Part shown: positions 10,446 to 21,201 of the stretch, one piece after another | Numbering within the stretch: the first letter of the stretch is position 1 | Layout: every line of letters starts with the position of its first letter | Assembly (NCBI GenBank): GCA_963789265.1 | Contig: CAWBKB010000003.1 | Location: 672,001 to 736,000, forward strand | DNA from: an uncultured delta proteobacterium | GTDB taxonomy: Bacteria; Desulfobacterota; Desulfomonilia; Desulfomonilales; Desulfomonilaceae | Length of the DNA: 64,000 bases | Direction: 5' to 3' | Notes under the pieces: generated by a model | Told to the model about the DNA's origin: nothing | Seen by the model: only the letters and a program-made list of their open reading frames with translations | Databases searched by the model: none | Program-made: the position numbers and the translations under genes

Positions 10446-11043
10446 CTACAATTTCTGCGCGGCGCCCACTATGCCGAACTTTGAATTCGTCCTTACACCC
10501 TGTAAGAGACGCAACCCATTGGTTTTAAACGCTTCCAGGAATTCTCGTGCGTAGAAGCGGTCCTCTGTGGGATGGCGAAGCATGCGTCTCAGCAGAAAAT
10601 TGGCGTACAGAGGGGGATAGATTTCTTCAAAATAAAAAACCCCTCCAGGTCTAACCACCCTTGCGATCTCTCGGATGCAACTGCGCCAGTCGAGCACATG
10701 ATGGATGATGCCGAAGTTCACAACTGCGTCAAAGGTCGAATCTTGAAACGGAAGTTTCTTCTGCATTACCAACGTGGTAAGCAATCTTCTCGTCATAGCG
10801 TGACGGAAGCGCTTTCACCGCCCGCCGAATGAGGCGGTGTTCGAGGTCGAAGGCAATGACTCTATTAAACCCCATTCGGTCAACCAGGAGCAGTGCTCCT
10901 CTTCCCAGGCCGCAGCCGATCTCGAGCGCACAATCTACTCGTCGGGGACCCACCAGTCGGAGCCACTCGGCAATTTCGCGCCTCTGAAAGAAGACTCGTA
11001 CAGGGCTGTATATCCAGACCCGCTCGGGCCAGTTCATCAACAT
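10446..11043 (-). CDS. Class I SAM methyltransferase, one +1 frameshift (~10760)
   Basis: ALEIGCGLGRG in upstream ORF continues into LPFQDSTFDAVVNFGIIHH..LREIARVVRPGG-type motifs. Confidence 0.85.
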
Positions 11044-11218
11044 CTCTTCTTTTCTCGATGCGTGGATAGCGAGTACCTCTTCGTATCAGGAGATTGAGTC
11101 AAAAACATATAGTTGAGGTGCGTTACGGTGTATCAGAGTCCGGTTAAACTTGCAGGCCGGTTCGGGCCCAAGGCAAATTGGCAGTCGCGAACCGCCCTAT
11201 AGGTCTGATTTGAAGACA

Positions 11219-12175
11219 TCACCTCAAACAGATTGATATTATCACGAGCAAGAGAAAGGCCAGTGGCATGTAACTTGCCTTGTCAAACAACGATGCGGCT
11301 GCCTCAGGACCGGGGTGGTAATAAACCCGCCGCGAGGGTTCCAGAAGGAGCTTCCAGGCAAGCAGAGCCGCGCCGATCGGATACAGCCACCCCACTCCAT
11401 GCCCAGCCATCCAATACACTGCGATTCCTGCTGCTGTAGCCATAGAAACCGCGGCCAACATAACAAATACCGACTCCGGTACCCCTTTGATGGTGACGGT
11501 AGTCTGCGCCGACACCCTCGCGTCATCCTCCATGTCCACTATATCATTGGCTATGTTCTGGGCCCCCACTTCCCAGGCGGCCAACCACAGGACCAGTAAG
11601 GCAACAAACCCGAGCGAAGGGTTCGGGTCCACAGCGTACACGCCTGCAAGGCCGCCGATAGCCTTCACAAGGGCCGACGGTATTATCTTGAGATGACTAA
11701 TCCTAAGCAGCTTACAGTAGAGCATTTCTAACAACCCCGATACAACAAACAGACCCGCACATAGGGGGTTGAGCCACCATGCCCCTGCAAGGGCAACTAT
11801 TCCCCAAAACAAAAACCACCATAAACCATTCTTGAATGACAGCAACCCCTGGGCCACAGGATGCCGTACCATAATTTCATCGAGAGTGGATAGATCCGCC
11901 CCGCGCTCCCTCAAAGACAGCCTTTCCCTGTCTACGCGATGATCGACGAGATCATTGAGAGCGTATACGGCTGTATAACCGGCAAATGCCGTGAGCAACC
12001 CGACAATGACTACCGTAATCGGTGGGAAACGACCCAGCCATAGCAGCGCAGCCATAGGCGGCGTGGCCATGTCCAGAATGCCATGAGGAGTGCGAGATAG
12101 TCCGAGAAACAATTTCCAGTTCATGGCCGCATTGATGCCCGGCAATTCCGCAACACGTCCGTCGGTGTAGTCCAT
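11219..12175 (-). CDS. UbiA family prenyltransferase
   Basis: YALNDLVDHRVD and NDIVDMEDD Asp-rich motifs; multiple TM helices. Confidence 0.88.
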   Translation of the reverse strand: MDYTDGRVAELPGINAAMNWKLFLGLSRTPHGILDMATPPMAALLWLGRFPPITVVIVGLLTAFAGYTAVYALNDLVDHRVDRERLSLRERGADLSTLDEIMVRHPVAQGLLSFKNGLWWFLFWGIVALAGAWWLNPLCAGLFVVSGLLEMLYCKLLRISHLKIIPSALVKAIGGLAGVYAVDPNPSLGFVALLVLWLAAWEVGAQNIANDIVDMEDDARVSAQTTVTIKGVPESVFVMLAAVSMATAAGIAVYWMAGHGVGWLYPIGAALLAWKLLLEPSRRVYYHPGPEAAASLFDKASYMPLAFLLLVIISICLR

Positions 12176-12204
12176 GCTGAAGCACCTTTAAAATTGTGTC
12201 ACCC

Positions 12205-12927
12205 TTACCTAATTTCGTAGGGGAAGGTCAATTTGCCGCCGAGATATCCGATTCGAGCCACAATTACCGTAAGCGCAACCAGACTGACAACATAGACGAT
12301 AATATAATTGTTGCCTCTGCCAAGGGGATTATCAAGTGCGAATAATCTCAGGAAGATGGCGAAGGCTCCCAGAACCAGAGTGATCCAGGCCAGACGACGT
12401 TTCATAAGAATTATGGGCGACTCCGAAGAGTCATAATTGATCCACCAGGTGAAATAGCCGGTCAGCATCGCCACAGGGATGGAAAGTACACCTATGACCA
12501 GACTACAGAAGGCTGCCCATTCGGTACACGTGGAACCGGTGCTTAAAGCCCCCAGTTCGAATAGCGGCATTACTGCCAAAACCCCGATAGGCACGTGAAC
12601 AACCGAGGGATGGGGATGCCTCCTGAAGAACGGGTGACGGTCCAGCCAAAGCTCAATTTGACCCTTTAGCCCTGCTTCGTTTACTTCGGGAACTTTCTCA
12701 TAAGTTCCTACAGCTTCAAACTGCTCAAGCACTTCCGTGCCATGAGGCGCGGCCTCGATATCATTGGTGAGGTCCATGCCGGCCCGGTGCCGCTTCATGT
12801 GCTCGCCGCGAACCCATCTTTTGCTGCTGGAAATGTCGTAAACTCTGCCTTGCACAGCAACTAGGCAACTCTTCCCGCCTTCACCATTTCCCTGGGCAAG
12901 CTCTTCAGCGGTATAAGCCTTCACCAT
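12205..12927 (-). CDS. Cytochrome b5-like heme-binding domain fused to DUF2231-like membrane domain
   Basis: VAVQGRVYDIS..W..GEHMKRHRAG.DLT...APHG; then HPHPSVVHVPIG and 4 TM helices. Confidence 0.82.
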   Translation of the reverse strand: MVKAYTAEELAQGNGEGGKSCLVAVQGRVYDISSSKRWVRGEHMKRHRAGMDLTNDIEAAPHGTEVLEQFEAVGTYEKVPEVNEAGLKGQIELWLDRHPFFRRHPHPSVVHVPIGVLAVMPLFELGALSTGSTCTEWAAFCSLVIGVLSIPVAMLTGYFTWWINYDSSESPIILMKRRLAWITLVLGAFAIFLRLFALDNPLGRGNNYIIVYVVSLVALTVIVARIGYLGGKLTFPYEIR

Positions 12928-13193
12928 CAACCCCCTTCATACCACCATGTAACTTCAATTACATACCGCAAGAGGTCATCAAGAGATCGCGCGTTAGGGC
13001 AATACTTTTTTTACAGGGAATGCTCGTTTGCGGCTCAACGCCCGATCATGAGCACATCACACCAAAGCCCTGCCGGGACTTTGGCCATGCATTACTCTAC
13101 ATTCCACAACGATGACAAGCTCGAAATATAAGGGCGCACGTTCTTTACCTAATTGGACCCGCGTCCGCCATTTTCTCCCCCCGCCCTCGACCC

Positions 13194-13520
13194 TCAAATA
13201 AGGGCGCGCAATTTCCACTGCGTCTCCCCCACAGGTTGAGACACGTCAAAAGGATTACCTAAGCACAGCTTCTTGTGCAAGTCTTTTAGTATCCGTAAGG
13301 GATTCAAAGTGAAGCAATCACAGCACTCATCACAATCATCCGCAACAACAGTCACAATCGCTTGCACATCTTGGTCTGTGTATATCGCTTGTTTTCCTAC
13401 CAATACGTGCGGGTACCGAGGATTCTCGGACCACCGAACCTTCTCCAATTTGTCGGCCTTTTTGGTGGGACTCAAATTTGGTTCAGCGGAACAACCCGTG
13501 CAACTCCTGCATCCGCCCAT
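13194..13520 (-). CDS. Cys-rich hypothetical protein
   Basis: AGGAG RBS; CxxCxxC N-terminus and CDECCDC. Confidence 0.6.
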   Translation of the reverse strand: MGGCRSCTGCSAEPNLSPTKKADKLEKVRWSENPRYPHVLVGKQAIYTDQDVQAIVTVVADDCDECCDCFTLNPLRILKDLHKKLCLGNPFDVSQPVGETQWKLRALI

Positions 13521-13639
13521 TGCTAACTCCTGACCGTTAGTTTCTTGTAAAATCCACGTTAAGGATTCGTGGGGAATCTGTCAAGTAGGTGACAGTTCGG
13601 CCCCAGGACGCAAGTTCAGGGCGTTTATTTTCGAACGCA

Positions 13640-15412
13640 TTACGGTTTGGACAGGATCTTTACCTCAACTATGGAGCTGTCCTCGAACTCAGTTAGTACG
13701 GCCTTAGTAATGGGGTTTTCAATCGCTTCGTTTTTTAGCGCTCTATCGAGATCGGTTTGCCCATCAGATGAAGCGGAGTAAGGATTTTTGGTAGCAAGCG
13801 AGGTTTCACGAGCAAGAGTTAGGATCTTGAGTCTCGCTCCGCCGAAGAATTCCTCGAAGACGGCCCTTAGATCGGTCTTGTTTTCCAGGCGGCTCTCGAA
13901 CTGCTCTTTGTATACTTCTTTGTGGAAACCGATCTCCACTTCGGTAGGCCCGAACGATATGAGAGTGCCGTGGTCCATGAGGGACAACATCGCCGGATCT
14001 TGCCCGGATAAACTTATGCGCTGTTTGAGGCTCGACCAGATCTCATCGGGCGTTCCCGCCGGAACGGGTAAAACTTGGGTGATTGTGAAGCGTTCAGGTG
14101 GGATCTCTTCTTGTCGGTCAGCGGAATTTTGCTCCGGAGCACCGCCTTTGCCCGGGGGAGAGGCAGGCTTCCCCTTTGTGCCGGATCTTCCCGATTTGGC
14201 CGCTACCGGTGGCGTCGCTCCAGATCGCCTCTCTCCGGCAGGATTGTGCGGAGAAGGCGGCAATCCGGAGTCGATGTGCCGTAGAATCTCCGACAGGTCC
14301 GCAATGTCAGGGGCATAAGCCATCTTCAGCACTGTCATCTCAAGCGCGACCCATGGATTACCGGATCGCTTTATCTCCCCCTCGCTGCGCACAAGCATAC
14401 TAAAAAAGTTTTGAAGCTCCTGAGCCGTTGTCATACCCGTCAAGGATTCCATTTCCTCCAACTCGGACGCGGAAGCGTCAATCAGCCCCTCGACTCGTGC
14501 GGCCGGCGGCACGGTTTTTACGACGATCAAGTTGCGTAAATATTGGATCAAATCCATCACAAGCTGCTCAGGGTCGTAACCATGCCGAAACACCTCATGA
14601 ACCACGGTCAGGGCCGAAGCCGCATCCCGCTCCAGGATCGCTTTCACAAGGCGGCTGAACGAGTCCCGCCCGGCTATACCCAATATCCCAATAACATCCT
14701 CGGGGGCTATGCGTTTTGACCCGAAGGCGATTACCTGATCCAGCAGACTCAGAGCGTCTCTGAAGGACCCCTGTGCCTCCCTGGCCACGAGAGAGAGCGC
14801 CTCTTCATCAGCGGCAAGGCCTTCCTGCTTGAGTATAGCGTCCATGCCGTCGGCAATTTCCCGCGCGGAGATTGTTCGGAAATTGAATCTCTGACACCTG
14901 GAGTTGATCGTCGCAGGGACCTTATGAGATTCAGTGGTGGCAAAAATGAATTTGGCATGGGGGGGAGGCTCTTCCAAAGTCTTGAGCAGGGCGTTGAACG
15001 CGTTGATGGAGATCATGTGAACTTCATCTATGATTATGATTTTGTAGGGCGAACTTACTGGAGGATACTTGATATTCTCGTTGATTTCCCGGATGTTATC
15101 CACCGAGGTGTTGGAAGCTCCGTCAATTTCATGAACATCTACGCTGATGCCGCTGCCAATCTCCTTGCAGGACGAGCAGACGTTGCATGGATCTGTCTCT
15201 CCTTCCTGTCGTCCGGCGCAGTTAAGGGACTTGGCCAGAATGCGGGCTACCGTTGTCTTGCCCACGCCACGCACTCCACAGAATAGAAACGCGTGGGCCA
15301 CGCGTCCCGAACGAATGGAATTCGAGAGAGTCCGGATCACGTGATCCTGACCGATCACCTCGCTGAAAGTCTTGGGCCTATATTTTCGTGCAAGAACTAG
15401 ATAAGACGGCAT
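13640..15412 (-). CDS. dnaX: DNA polymerase III subunit gamma/tau
   Basis: YLVLARKYRP, GVRGVGKTT, EIDGASN, DEVHM, NALLKTLEEPP, SRCQ. Confidence 0.97.
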   Translation of the reverse strand: MPSYLVLARKYRPKTFSEVIGQDHVIRTLSNSIRSGRVAHAFLFCGVRGVGKTTVARILAKSLNCAGRQEGETDPCNVCSSCKEIGSGISVDVHEIDGASNTSVDNIREINENIKYPPVSSPYKIIIIDEVHMISINAFNALLKTLEEPPPHAKFIFATTESHKVPATINSRCQRFNFRTISAREIADGMDAILKQEGLAADEEALSLVAREAQGSFRDALSLLDQVIAFGSKRIAPEDVIGILGIAGRDSFSRLVKAILERDAASALTVVHEVFRHGYDPEQLVMDLIQYLRNLIVVKTVPPAARVEGLIDASASELEEMESLTGMTTAQELQNFFSMLVRSEGEIKRSGNPWVALEMTVLKMAYAPDIADLSEILRHIDSGLPPSPHNPAGERRSGATPPVAAKSGRSGTKGKPASPPGKGGAPEQNSADRQEEIPPERFTITQVLPVPAGTPDEIWSSLKQRISLSGQDPAMLSLMDHGTLISFGPTEVEIGFHKEVYKEQFESRLENKTDLRAVFEEFFGGARLKILTLARETSLATKNPYSASSDGQTDLDRALKNEAIENPITKAVLTEFEDSSIVEVKILSKP

Positions 15413-15436
15413 GCCTTCGAGATATCCCTTTAAAAT

Positions 15437-15566
15437 GGAAACGGCCGTGACCGGTGATCGGGTGCAAGGGCCGACTCCCGAGATTACTTCCGCTGCTTCC
15501 TCCCGGACCTGACGGGGTCAGTAACTCCAAGTCGCCCTCTCCCGGTCACCGGCAACGACCGCCTCC
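15437..15566 (-). ncRNA. ffs: Signal recognition particle (4.5S) RNA
   Basis: Conserved GTCAGGTCCGGGAGGAAGCAGC helix-8 motif within a long hairpin; typical position upstream of dnaX. Confidence 0.93.
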
Positions 15567-15704
15567 GCGGAGACACCGGGGATGTCGAATGTCACTGTGC
15601 ATCAATATCAAATTGTTACCGATCACGTCAAGGCACGGACGGAATTACGGTCCGACAATTCAGGCACGGGAGAACATGCGGGTTCCTGCCTCCGCGAAGA
15701 GTGA

Positions 15705-15865
15705 AATCCCGCGTCCCGGGAGAAAGCAATCTCAGCTTTGGCGCAGCAATCGTCATCCCGGCGAAGGCCGGAATCCGGCCTGGACCCCGGATCAAGTCCG
15801 GGGTGACCGCATTATTGCTTGGCTCCGCTCGCAATGACAAGCTTTTCCGCCCATAAGTAAATGAT
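15705..15865. repeat. Composite REP-like palindromes
   Basis: GTCATCCCGGCGAAGGCCGGAATCC..ACCCCGGATCAAGTCCGGGGTGAC inside AGCAATCT..TTGCT..CTCGCAATGACA; shell-F-like right end. Confidence 0.7.
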
Positions 15866-15899
15866 TTCCTGTTCTTGCGCTCCGTGCCTGGCGCCTCTC

Positions 15900-16649
15900 T
15901 CAGTCCGCCAGTCCGCCCCGTGGCGCTCGATCCAGTAATCTCAGAAGGTTACCGGCAAGGATTCTGCGGAGGTCGTCCCCTGAAAAGCTCCGAACAAGCT
16001 TCCGCTTTTCATTGCCGGGAATCCCAAAAGGGTAATCCGATCCGAAAATGATGCGTTCCAGCCCGTACTTGTCTGCAAACTCTCGGATTTCATGAATACC
16101 GGCCAGTGCAGTGTCCACCCAAATCTTTTCACTTTCGAACACTCCAGCCATCTTTAGCTTTGAATACCCTCCGTTTAATGCTCCCATGTGCGGGATGATC
16201 ACCACTGTTCGCTCGTCAATTTCTTTGATGAACCGGACGGTCTGTTGGAATTCTTCTTCCAATACCACGGGTAAGTGCCTTCTGCAGATGTCGTTTATGA
16301 TTCTCCGACATTGGGCGGTCTCGTACGCATAGGGTGGTTCGCCTGGATGGCGATGCCACTTTATCCCGACAAATTTATCGGGAATGGGCGCGAAATCGTT
16401 CCAAACAAAGAAGTAAGGGAAGATATTTTCCTGCAGTGCGATCTCCAGGAGGTAATTATGAACGCGAGTCCGGCTGCCTCGATACGGCAGGGAGTCCACA
16501 AACCCAGGGTCATATCGGTCGTAAATCTCTTCCACCGGGGAAAAGAGCACGCCGCCATGGATTCCACCCGCTTGCCACTCCTCGGCAATTTCCTCGAACG
16601 GCACTGTTATGCCGCAGTGGGCATGCCCGTCCAGTACTAAATCTTCCAT
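15900..16649 (-). CDS. Amidohydrolase family protein
   Basis: DGHAH, GIKWH, IPHMG, VDTA, FGSDYPFG. Confidence 0.88.
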   Translation of the reverse strand: MEDLVLDGHAHCGITVPFEEIAEEWQAGGIHGGVLFSPVEEIYDRYDPGFVDSLPYRGSRTRVHNYLLEIALQENIFPYFFVWNDFAPIPDKFVGIKWHRHPGEPPYAYETAQCRRIINDICRRHLPVVLEEEFQQTVRFIKEIDERTVVIIPHMGALNGGYSKLKMAGVFESEKIWVDTALAGIHEIREFADKYGLERIIFGSDYPFGIPGNEKRKLVRSFSGDDLRRILAGNLLRLLDRAPRGGLAD

Positions 16650-16724
16650 GTGAGTTCCCGATGCCGTTGTTCTCAAAACATCTACAGCCTGAAGACGTCG
16701 CCAACGCGTCATGCCGGTGCGCGA

Positions 16725-16856
16725 TCAAACGGTGAACAATCAAGGAAATGCAGCACGGATCTGACAAAGCCTCCCGCGGGACGCGGGAAGCACCATCATG
16801 GCGCCAGGTCAGTGCCGTTTGCTATCGGCCCATTCTCACTTGTTTGAAAGCGAATC
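16725..16856 (+). repeat. Shell-B-related dispersed repeat
   Basis: TCAAACGGTGAACAATCAAGGAAATGCAGCACGGATCTGACA matches reverse complement of 3105-3146; remainder matches 5600-5706. Confidence 0.72.
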
Positions 16857-16885
16857 GTAATCATGCCTTGCCGGCGAGATTTCGA

Positions 16886-17362
16886 TTAGCCCTGTGTGCC
16901 GTTAATGAACTTTGGGGGTAGTGGCTCCTCGTGCAGAAAAGGGAGATCGTCCAAGATTATTAGGGTAGAGGTGCCGTGGGCCAGGATTCGACCTTCCTCG
17001 TCCCTAACCTCCGCGGCCCCAAGGCCCAGAGTCTTGCCCAATTTGATGCGACGCCCGCTGGCAATGAGCTTGCCTCCCGACGCGGGGGCCAGGTAGTTTA
17101 GTTTCAGGTCCACTGACGTCATTCCCGAACTCTCTTCTACTTCAGGATATACTGCCCAAAATGCCGCCGCGTCTATGATCGAAGAGAATACCCCTCCATG
17201 AACGACACCGAACGGCTGAAGGTGTTTTTCTTCCACTATGATCTCCAGAAGAGACCGCCCCATGTCAAAGTCTTTGAGTTCCATGGAAAGAAGAGCGAAA
17301 TATGGGCTCTGGTTTGCCGCAGCGGTGACGACCTCCACATACTTTGGGTTGATTTGACGCAT
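16886..17362 (-). CDS. PaaI family thioesterase
   Basis: QPFGVVHGGVFSSIIDAA, DLKLNYLAP. Confidence 0.9.
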   Translation of the reverse strand: MRQINPKYVEVVTAAANQSPYFALLSMELKDFDMGRSLLEIIVEEKHLQPFGVVHGGVFSSIIDAAAFWAVYPEVEESSGMTSVDLKLNYLAPASGGKLIASGRRIKLGKTLGLGAAEVRDEEGRILAHGTSTLIILDDLPFLHEEPLPPKFINGTQG

Positions 17363-17440
17363 CCTATCTCCTTGTCTCGCATATTCGCAATTTAATGAAA
17401 GGTGATGATAACGGTACCGATTCCCCCGGCGTTTGGGCTC

Positions 17441-18374
17441 TCAATACAACTTGAGCCTTAAAACCGCCCGTTCATCAAGCCTTGTTATTCCTGCGCTCCT
17501 GGCTGATTCAAGCGCTAATGCATATTCCTCGCGGCTCACGGAGCGATTGACATCAGGCTGTTCAAACGCTCTGCCGCAAGGTCTGTATTGGTTCATCACA
17601 TTTACATATGTGTTGGTCGAGATTTGCCGGGCGAGAAACTCCATCGTCTCACGAGTCCCGGATAGACCGTTCGGCATGACGAGATGACGGACGAGAAGCC
17701 CTCCTGTGGCCAGAACCCCGATCGCTGACAAGAAGGTCTCCGACCTGCCTGTGCATCTCTCTGACGGCATTTTTCACTACATCGGGGTAGTCGGGTGCCT
17801 CCATCAGTCGCATGCTGGTATCTGCATCCATGAACTTGATGTCGGGCATGTAGATGTCAACCACACCATCCAGCAACCGTAGAGTCTCCAGGGAGTCGTA
17901 TCCGCCGGTATTGTAAACCAGCGGTACGTGCAAACCGTTTTGCGCGGCTGCATATACGGCTTCTAAGATTTGAGGGACCTGATGGGAAGGTGTGACAAAA
18001 TTTATGTTGTGGCACCCGGAATGCTGTAATCCGAGCATGACCTTCGCCAGGGTCAAGCTGTCCATGACCTGACCTTCCATCAGGTGGCTGATTTCGTAAT
18101 TCTGGCAGAATATGCACTTCAAATTGCACGACGTAAGGAAGATGGTGCCCGATCCACCCGATCCCACCAGCGGCGCTTCTTCCCCAAAATGAGGACCGGC
18201 AGATGACATCATCGCCACAGCGCCCACACCGCAGAACCCCGTCTGACCCTCAAGCCTGTTGACTTGGCATTTTCGAGGGCACACGCGACATTCACGCAGC
18301 ATCTCCTGTGCTTGCTGGATCTTTTCCGCGAAAAGACCTTCCTTTAGAGTCCTGAGATATATCGGTTCCGACAT
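17441..18374 (-). CDS. Radical SAM protein (PflX-like), one +1 frameshift (~17725)
   Basis: CNLKCIFCQNYEIS CxxxCxxC; GLLVRHLVMP and VNVMNQYRP in second frame. Confidence 0.88.
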
Positions 18375-18451
18375 AAATATGTCCTCTTTTTGATTATTCC
18401 AACAGGATAATTTCTTCTTGCGATCAGGACAGAACTATCCAAAAGCAGTAT

Positions 18452-19204
18452 CTATGACTCTCTTTCATAGGTCACAGACTGTAGATACAAGCCGTGAGGA
18501 GGGGCGGCAGGACCGGAGCGTGAGCGGTCGCAATACCTTAAAACAGCCTCGAACTCAGGCACGCTCACCTTTCCTGCGCCTACCTGCACCAGCGTGCCCA
18601 CAATAGACCGGACCATATATCTGAGAAATCCGGTGCCGCAAATAGTGAAGCATATTAAGCCCAGGGCCTCGTCTCGCGACCATCCGGCCTCCATCATGCG
18701 GCGAACAGTTGAGGGTGTGCCGTCGGTGAGAGATCCAAAAGTCGAGAAGTCGTGAGTCCCGATCAGGTATTCAGATGCCCGATCCATGGCCGCGAGATCC
18801 AATTCGTACGGAACATGCCAGGAATAGAGTCTACTCAAAGGGCTACGAAGCGGGAAGTTCAGAATTTTGTACAGGTAAGTCTTGGAATGAGCCGAATGCC
18901 TCGCGTGAAAGTCTTCAGATACCGGCCCCAGCCTGCGGACGATAATATCCGGCGGCAGCAGGGCATTACAGCCTTTTTTCAGCTCTTCCACAGGTCGCGA
19001 CCAATTTGCCGAAAAATGCGCTACCTGACCCAAGGCATGCACACCCGCGTCGGTACGTCCCGAGCCGTGCACACGAGTCGGGGTCCCCAATATCCTCCCC
19101 AGCGCGCTTTCTATGCTCCCCTGAACGGTAGGTATGGCCTTTTGTAGCTGCCAGCCGTGGTACGCGGTTCCATCATATTCCACAACGGCCATGAACTTTG
19201 TCAT
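18452..19204 (-). CDS. truA: tRNA pseudouridine(38-40) synthase
   Basis: EYDGTAYHGWQ, GRTDAGVHA, GFLRYMVR, APPHGL. Confidence 0.96.
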   Translation of the reverse strand: MTKFMAVVEYDGTAYHGWQLQKAIPTVQGSIESALGRILGTPTRVHGSGRTDAGVHALGQVAHFSANWSRPVEELKKGCNALLPPDIIVRRLGPVSEDFHARHSAHSKTYLYKILNFPLRSPLSRLYSWHVPYELDLAAMDRASEYLIGTHDFSTFGSLTDGTPSTVRRMMEAGWSRDEALGLICFTICGTGFLRYMVRSIVGTLVQVGAGKVSVPEFEAVLRYCDRSRSGPAAPPHGLYLQSVTYERES

Positions 19205-19248
19205 TTGTTTGGTGCAAGACAGATGAGTTTCGAACCCAGTGGGGCTTA

Positions 19249-19619
19249 GTACTCCTTTTCAGAAGTACGGTCTCGTATTCTGGTACCAGAGCCGTCATTC
19301 CCGCGTAGGCGGTCCCGAGAGACGCGGGATGCCGGTTGTTCGCGAAACGCCGGCAGGGAGAAAGTGTCTCAAAACTATTTTGATGGCCAGAATCGTGCCA
19401 CGATTCAGGCTCATTCGTATAGTCGTCGCCCTCACCCCAACCCTCTCCCAGAGGGAGAGGGAGCAGATCCAGAGCAGTTTTGCACTTCCCTCGCCCTCTG
19501 GGAGAGGGACACAGGGTGAGGGATTCGTGCTACGATTCCGACCGCTTCATTGTTTTTGAGACAGTTTCGGGACGCCGGCGCTACCGTGCAATTGGCTCCG
19601 TAATTATGAAAAGCTGTAC
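19249..19619. mobile_element. MITE-like element (shell D) interrupted by a shell-E insertion
   Basis: GTAC..TTTTCA..A / TAATTATGAAAAGCTGTAC ends; body matches 45770-45906. Confidence 0.65.
19360..19568. mobile_element. MITE (shell E) with 4-bp target duplication GGGA
   Basis: GAAAGTGTCTCAAAA ... TTTTGAGACAGTTTC; GGGA at 19356 and 19569; empty-site homolog near 45855. Confidence 0.8.
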
Positions 19620-19727
19620 TCAGGCCTCCTAATGTTCTGCTTCCGGCAGATCTTCCACCCAGGGGAAATCAAGCCGGGAATTACAATAATCGGCTGTTAG
19701 GAGGCCACTTTCTGGAGATCTCTAATA

Positions 19728-20312
19728 CTATGCCACCTTTTCCGCGAATACTTCTGCAATCCTTAGGAAATACCGATGAAGCCGATCGTCACCGGTCAGC
19801 TCCGGATGAAAAGAGGTGGCCATGTGAAGGCCGTCGCGAACCGCTACTATTCTGCCGTCGCGAAGCCGACACAGCACTTCCACCTTGGACCCTACTTCAC
19901 TAATAACAGGGGCCCGTATAAAAACCCCTCGGAACGGCCCATCGTCGAGTCCCTGTATTTCGAGATCTTCCTCGAAGCTGTCCACTTGGCGGCCGAATGC
20001 ATTCCGCTGGACCACCATATCCATGATACCCAAGATAGGTTGAGGCATACCCACGTCGCGCGCCATGAACACGAGCCCTGCGCAGGTCCCCCACATCGGC
20101 ATGGATCCCGCCATAAGTTTCAGAGGGTTCAGCAATCCGTAGCGGTCGGCCAGTTTACCTATAGTGGTGCTTTCGCCCCCCGGCACAATGAGTCCGTCTA
20201 AGTTTTCCAAATCGTGGGGCAAGCGGACCTCCCGGACGCTCACGCCCAGATCTGTCAAAACCGTGCAATGCTCCTCAAAATCTCCCTGAAGAGCGAGTAC
20301 TCCTATCCTCAT
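19728..20312 (-). CDS. pdxT: PLP synthase glutaminase subunit
   Basis: GVLALQGDF, PGGESTT, GTCAG, RNAFGRQVDSF, FHPEL. Confidence 0.96.
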   Translation of the reverse strand: MRIGVLALQGDFEEHCTVLTDLGVSVREVRLPHDLENLDGLIVPGGESTTIGKLADRYGLLNPLKLMAGSMPMWGTCAGLVFMARDVGMPQPILGIMDMVVQRNAFGRQVDSFEEDLEIQGLDDGPFRGVFIRAPVISEVGSKVEVLCRLRDGRIVAVRDGLHMATSFHPELTGDDRLHRYFLRIAEVFAEKVA

Positions 20313-20319
20313 CGTCCGT

Positions 20320-21201
20320 TCACCATCCTCTGGCGGCGAGGCGGGCGTTTTCCGGCAATTCGGTTACTCCGATTCCCACCATTGCCTCTCCCAGGCCTTT
20401 GCTCACTTCCGCGAGGATCTTGGGATCGCTGAAATGGGTTACCGCCTCTACAATTGCTTTGCCCCGGAGCGCAGGGTTTCCGCTCTTGAAAATTCCCGAT
20501 CCGACGAAAACACCATCCACCCCTAATTGCATCATCATTGCCGCGTCTGCCGGCGTCGCGACGCCGCCTGCTGCGAAGTTGACCACCGGCAATCGCCCCT
20601 GCTCGGCAGTCACTTTGACCAATTCATAGGGGGCTCCGATTTCTTTTGAATAAGCCATAAGCTCGTCGCTCCTCATGCCGTGCAGGCGACGAATCTCACC
20701 CATGACTGTCCTGGCATGACGAACCGCTTCGACGACGTCACCGGTGCCCGCTTCGCCTTTCGTGCGAATCATTGCGGCTCCTTCACCAATCCGCCTCAGT
20801 GCCTCGCCGAGATTTCTGCATCCGCAAACAAAGGGAACTTTGAAGAGCTTCTTGTCAATGTGATGCTCCTCGTCCGCAGGGGTGAGGACTTCGCTTTCGT
20901 CTATGTAATCCACGCCTATAGCTTCCAGTATTTGCGCTTCTACGAAATGGCCTATTCGGCATTTTGCCATCACAGGTATGGTAACCGCATCCATGATCTC
21001 AAGTATCAGACCCGGATCGCTCATACGGGCTACACCGCCGTGAGCCCGAATATCAGCGGGCACTCTCTCCAGTGCCATGACGGCACAAGCCCCGGCCTTT
21101 TCCGCAATCCGCGCATGTTCCGGAGTGACCACATCCATTATGACTCCGCCCTTGAGCATTTGGGCATGACCACGTTTAAGGGTTTCCGTACCTGTTTCCA
21201 T
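20320..21201 (-). CDS. pdxS: PLP synthase lyase subunit
   Basis: [37 protein letters not shown]. Confidence 0.97.
   Translation of the reverse strand: METGTETLKRGHAQMLKGGVIMDVVTPEHARIAEKAGACAVMALERVPADIRAHGGVARMSDPGLILEIMDAVTIPVMAKCRIGHFVEAQILEAIGVDYIDESEVLTPADEEHHIDKKLFKVPFVCGCRNLGEALRRIGEGAAMIRTKGEAGTGDVVEAVRHARTVMGEIRRLHGMRSDELMAYSKEIGAPYELVKVTAEQGRLPVVNFAAGGVATPADAAMMMQLGVDGVFVGSGIFKSGNPALRGKAIVEAVTHFSDPKILAEVSKGLGEAMVGIGVTELPENARLAARGW

Noticed and set aside
2931..16856. AGCACGGATCTGACA and other repeats as CRISPR repeats
   Set aside because: They are dispersed or inverted, with no regular repeat-spacer period and no cas genes
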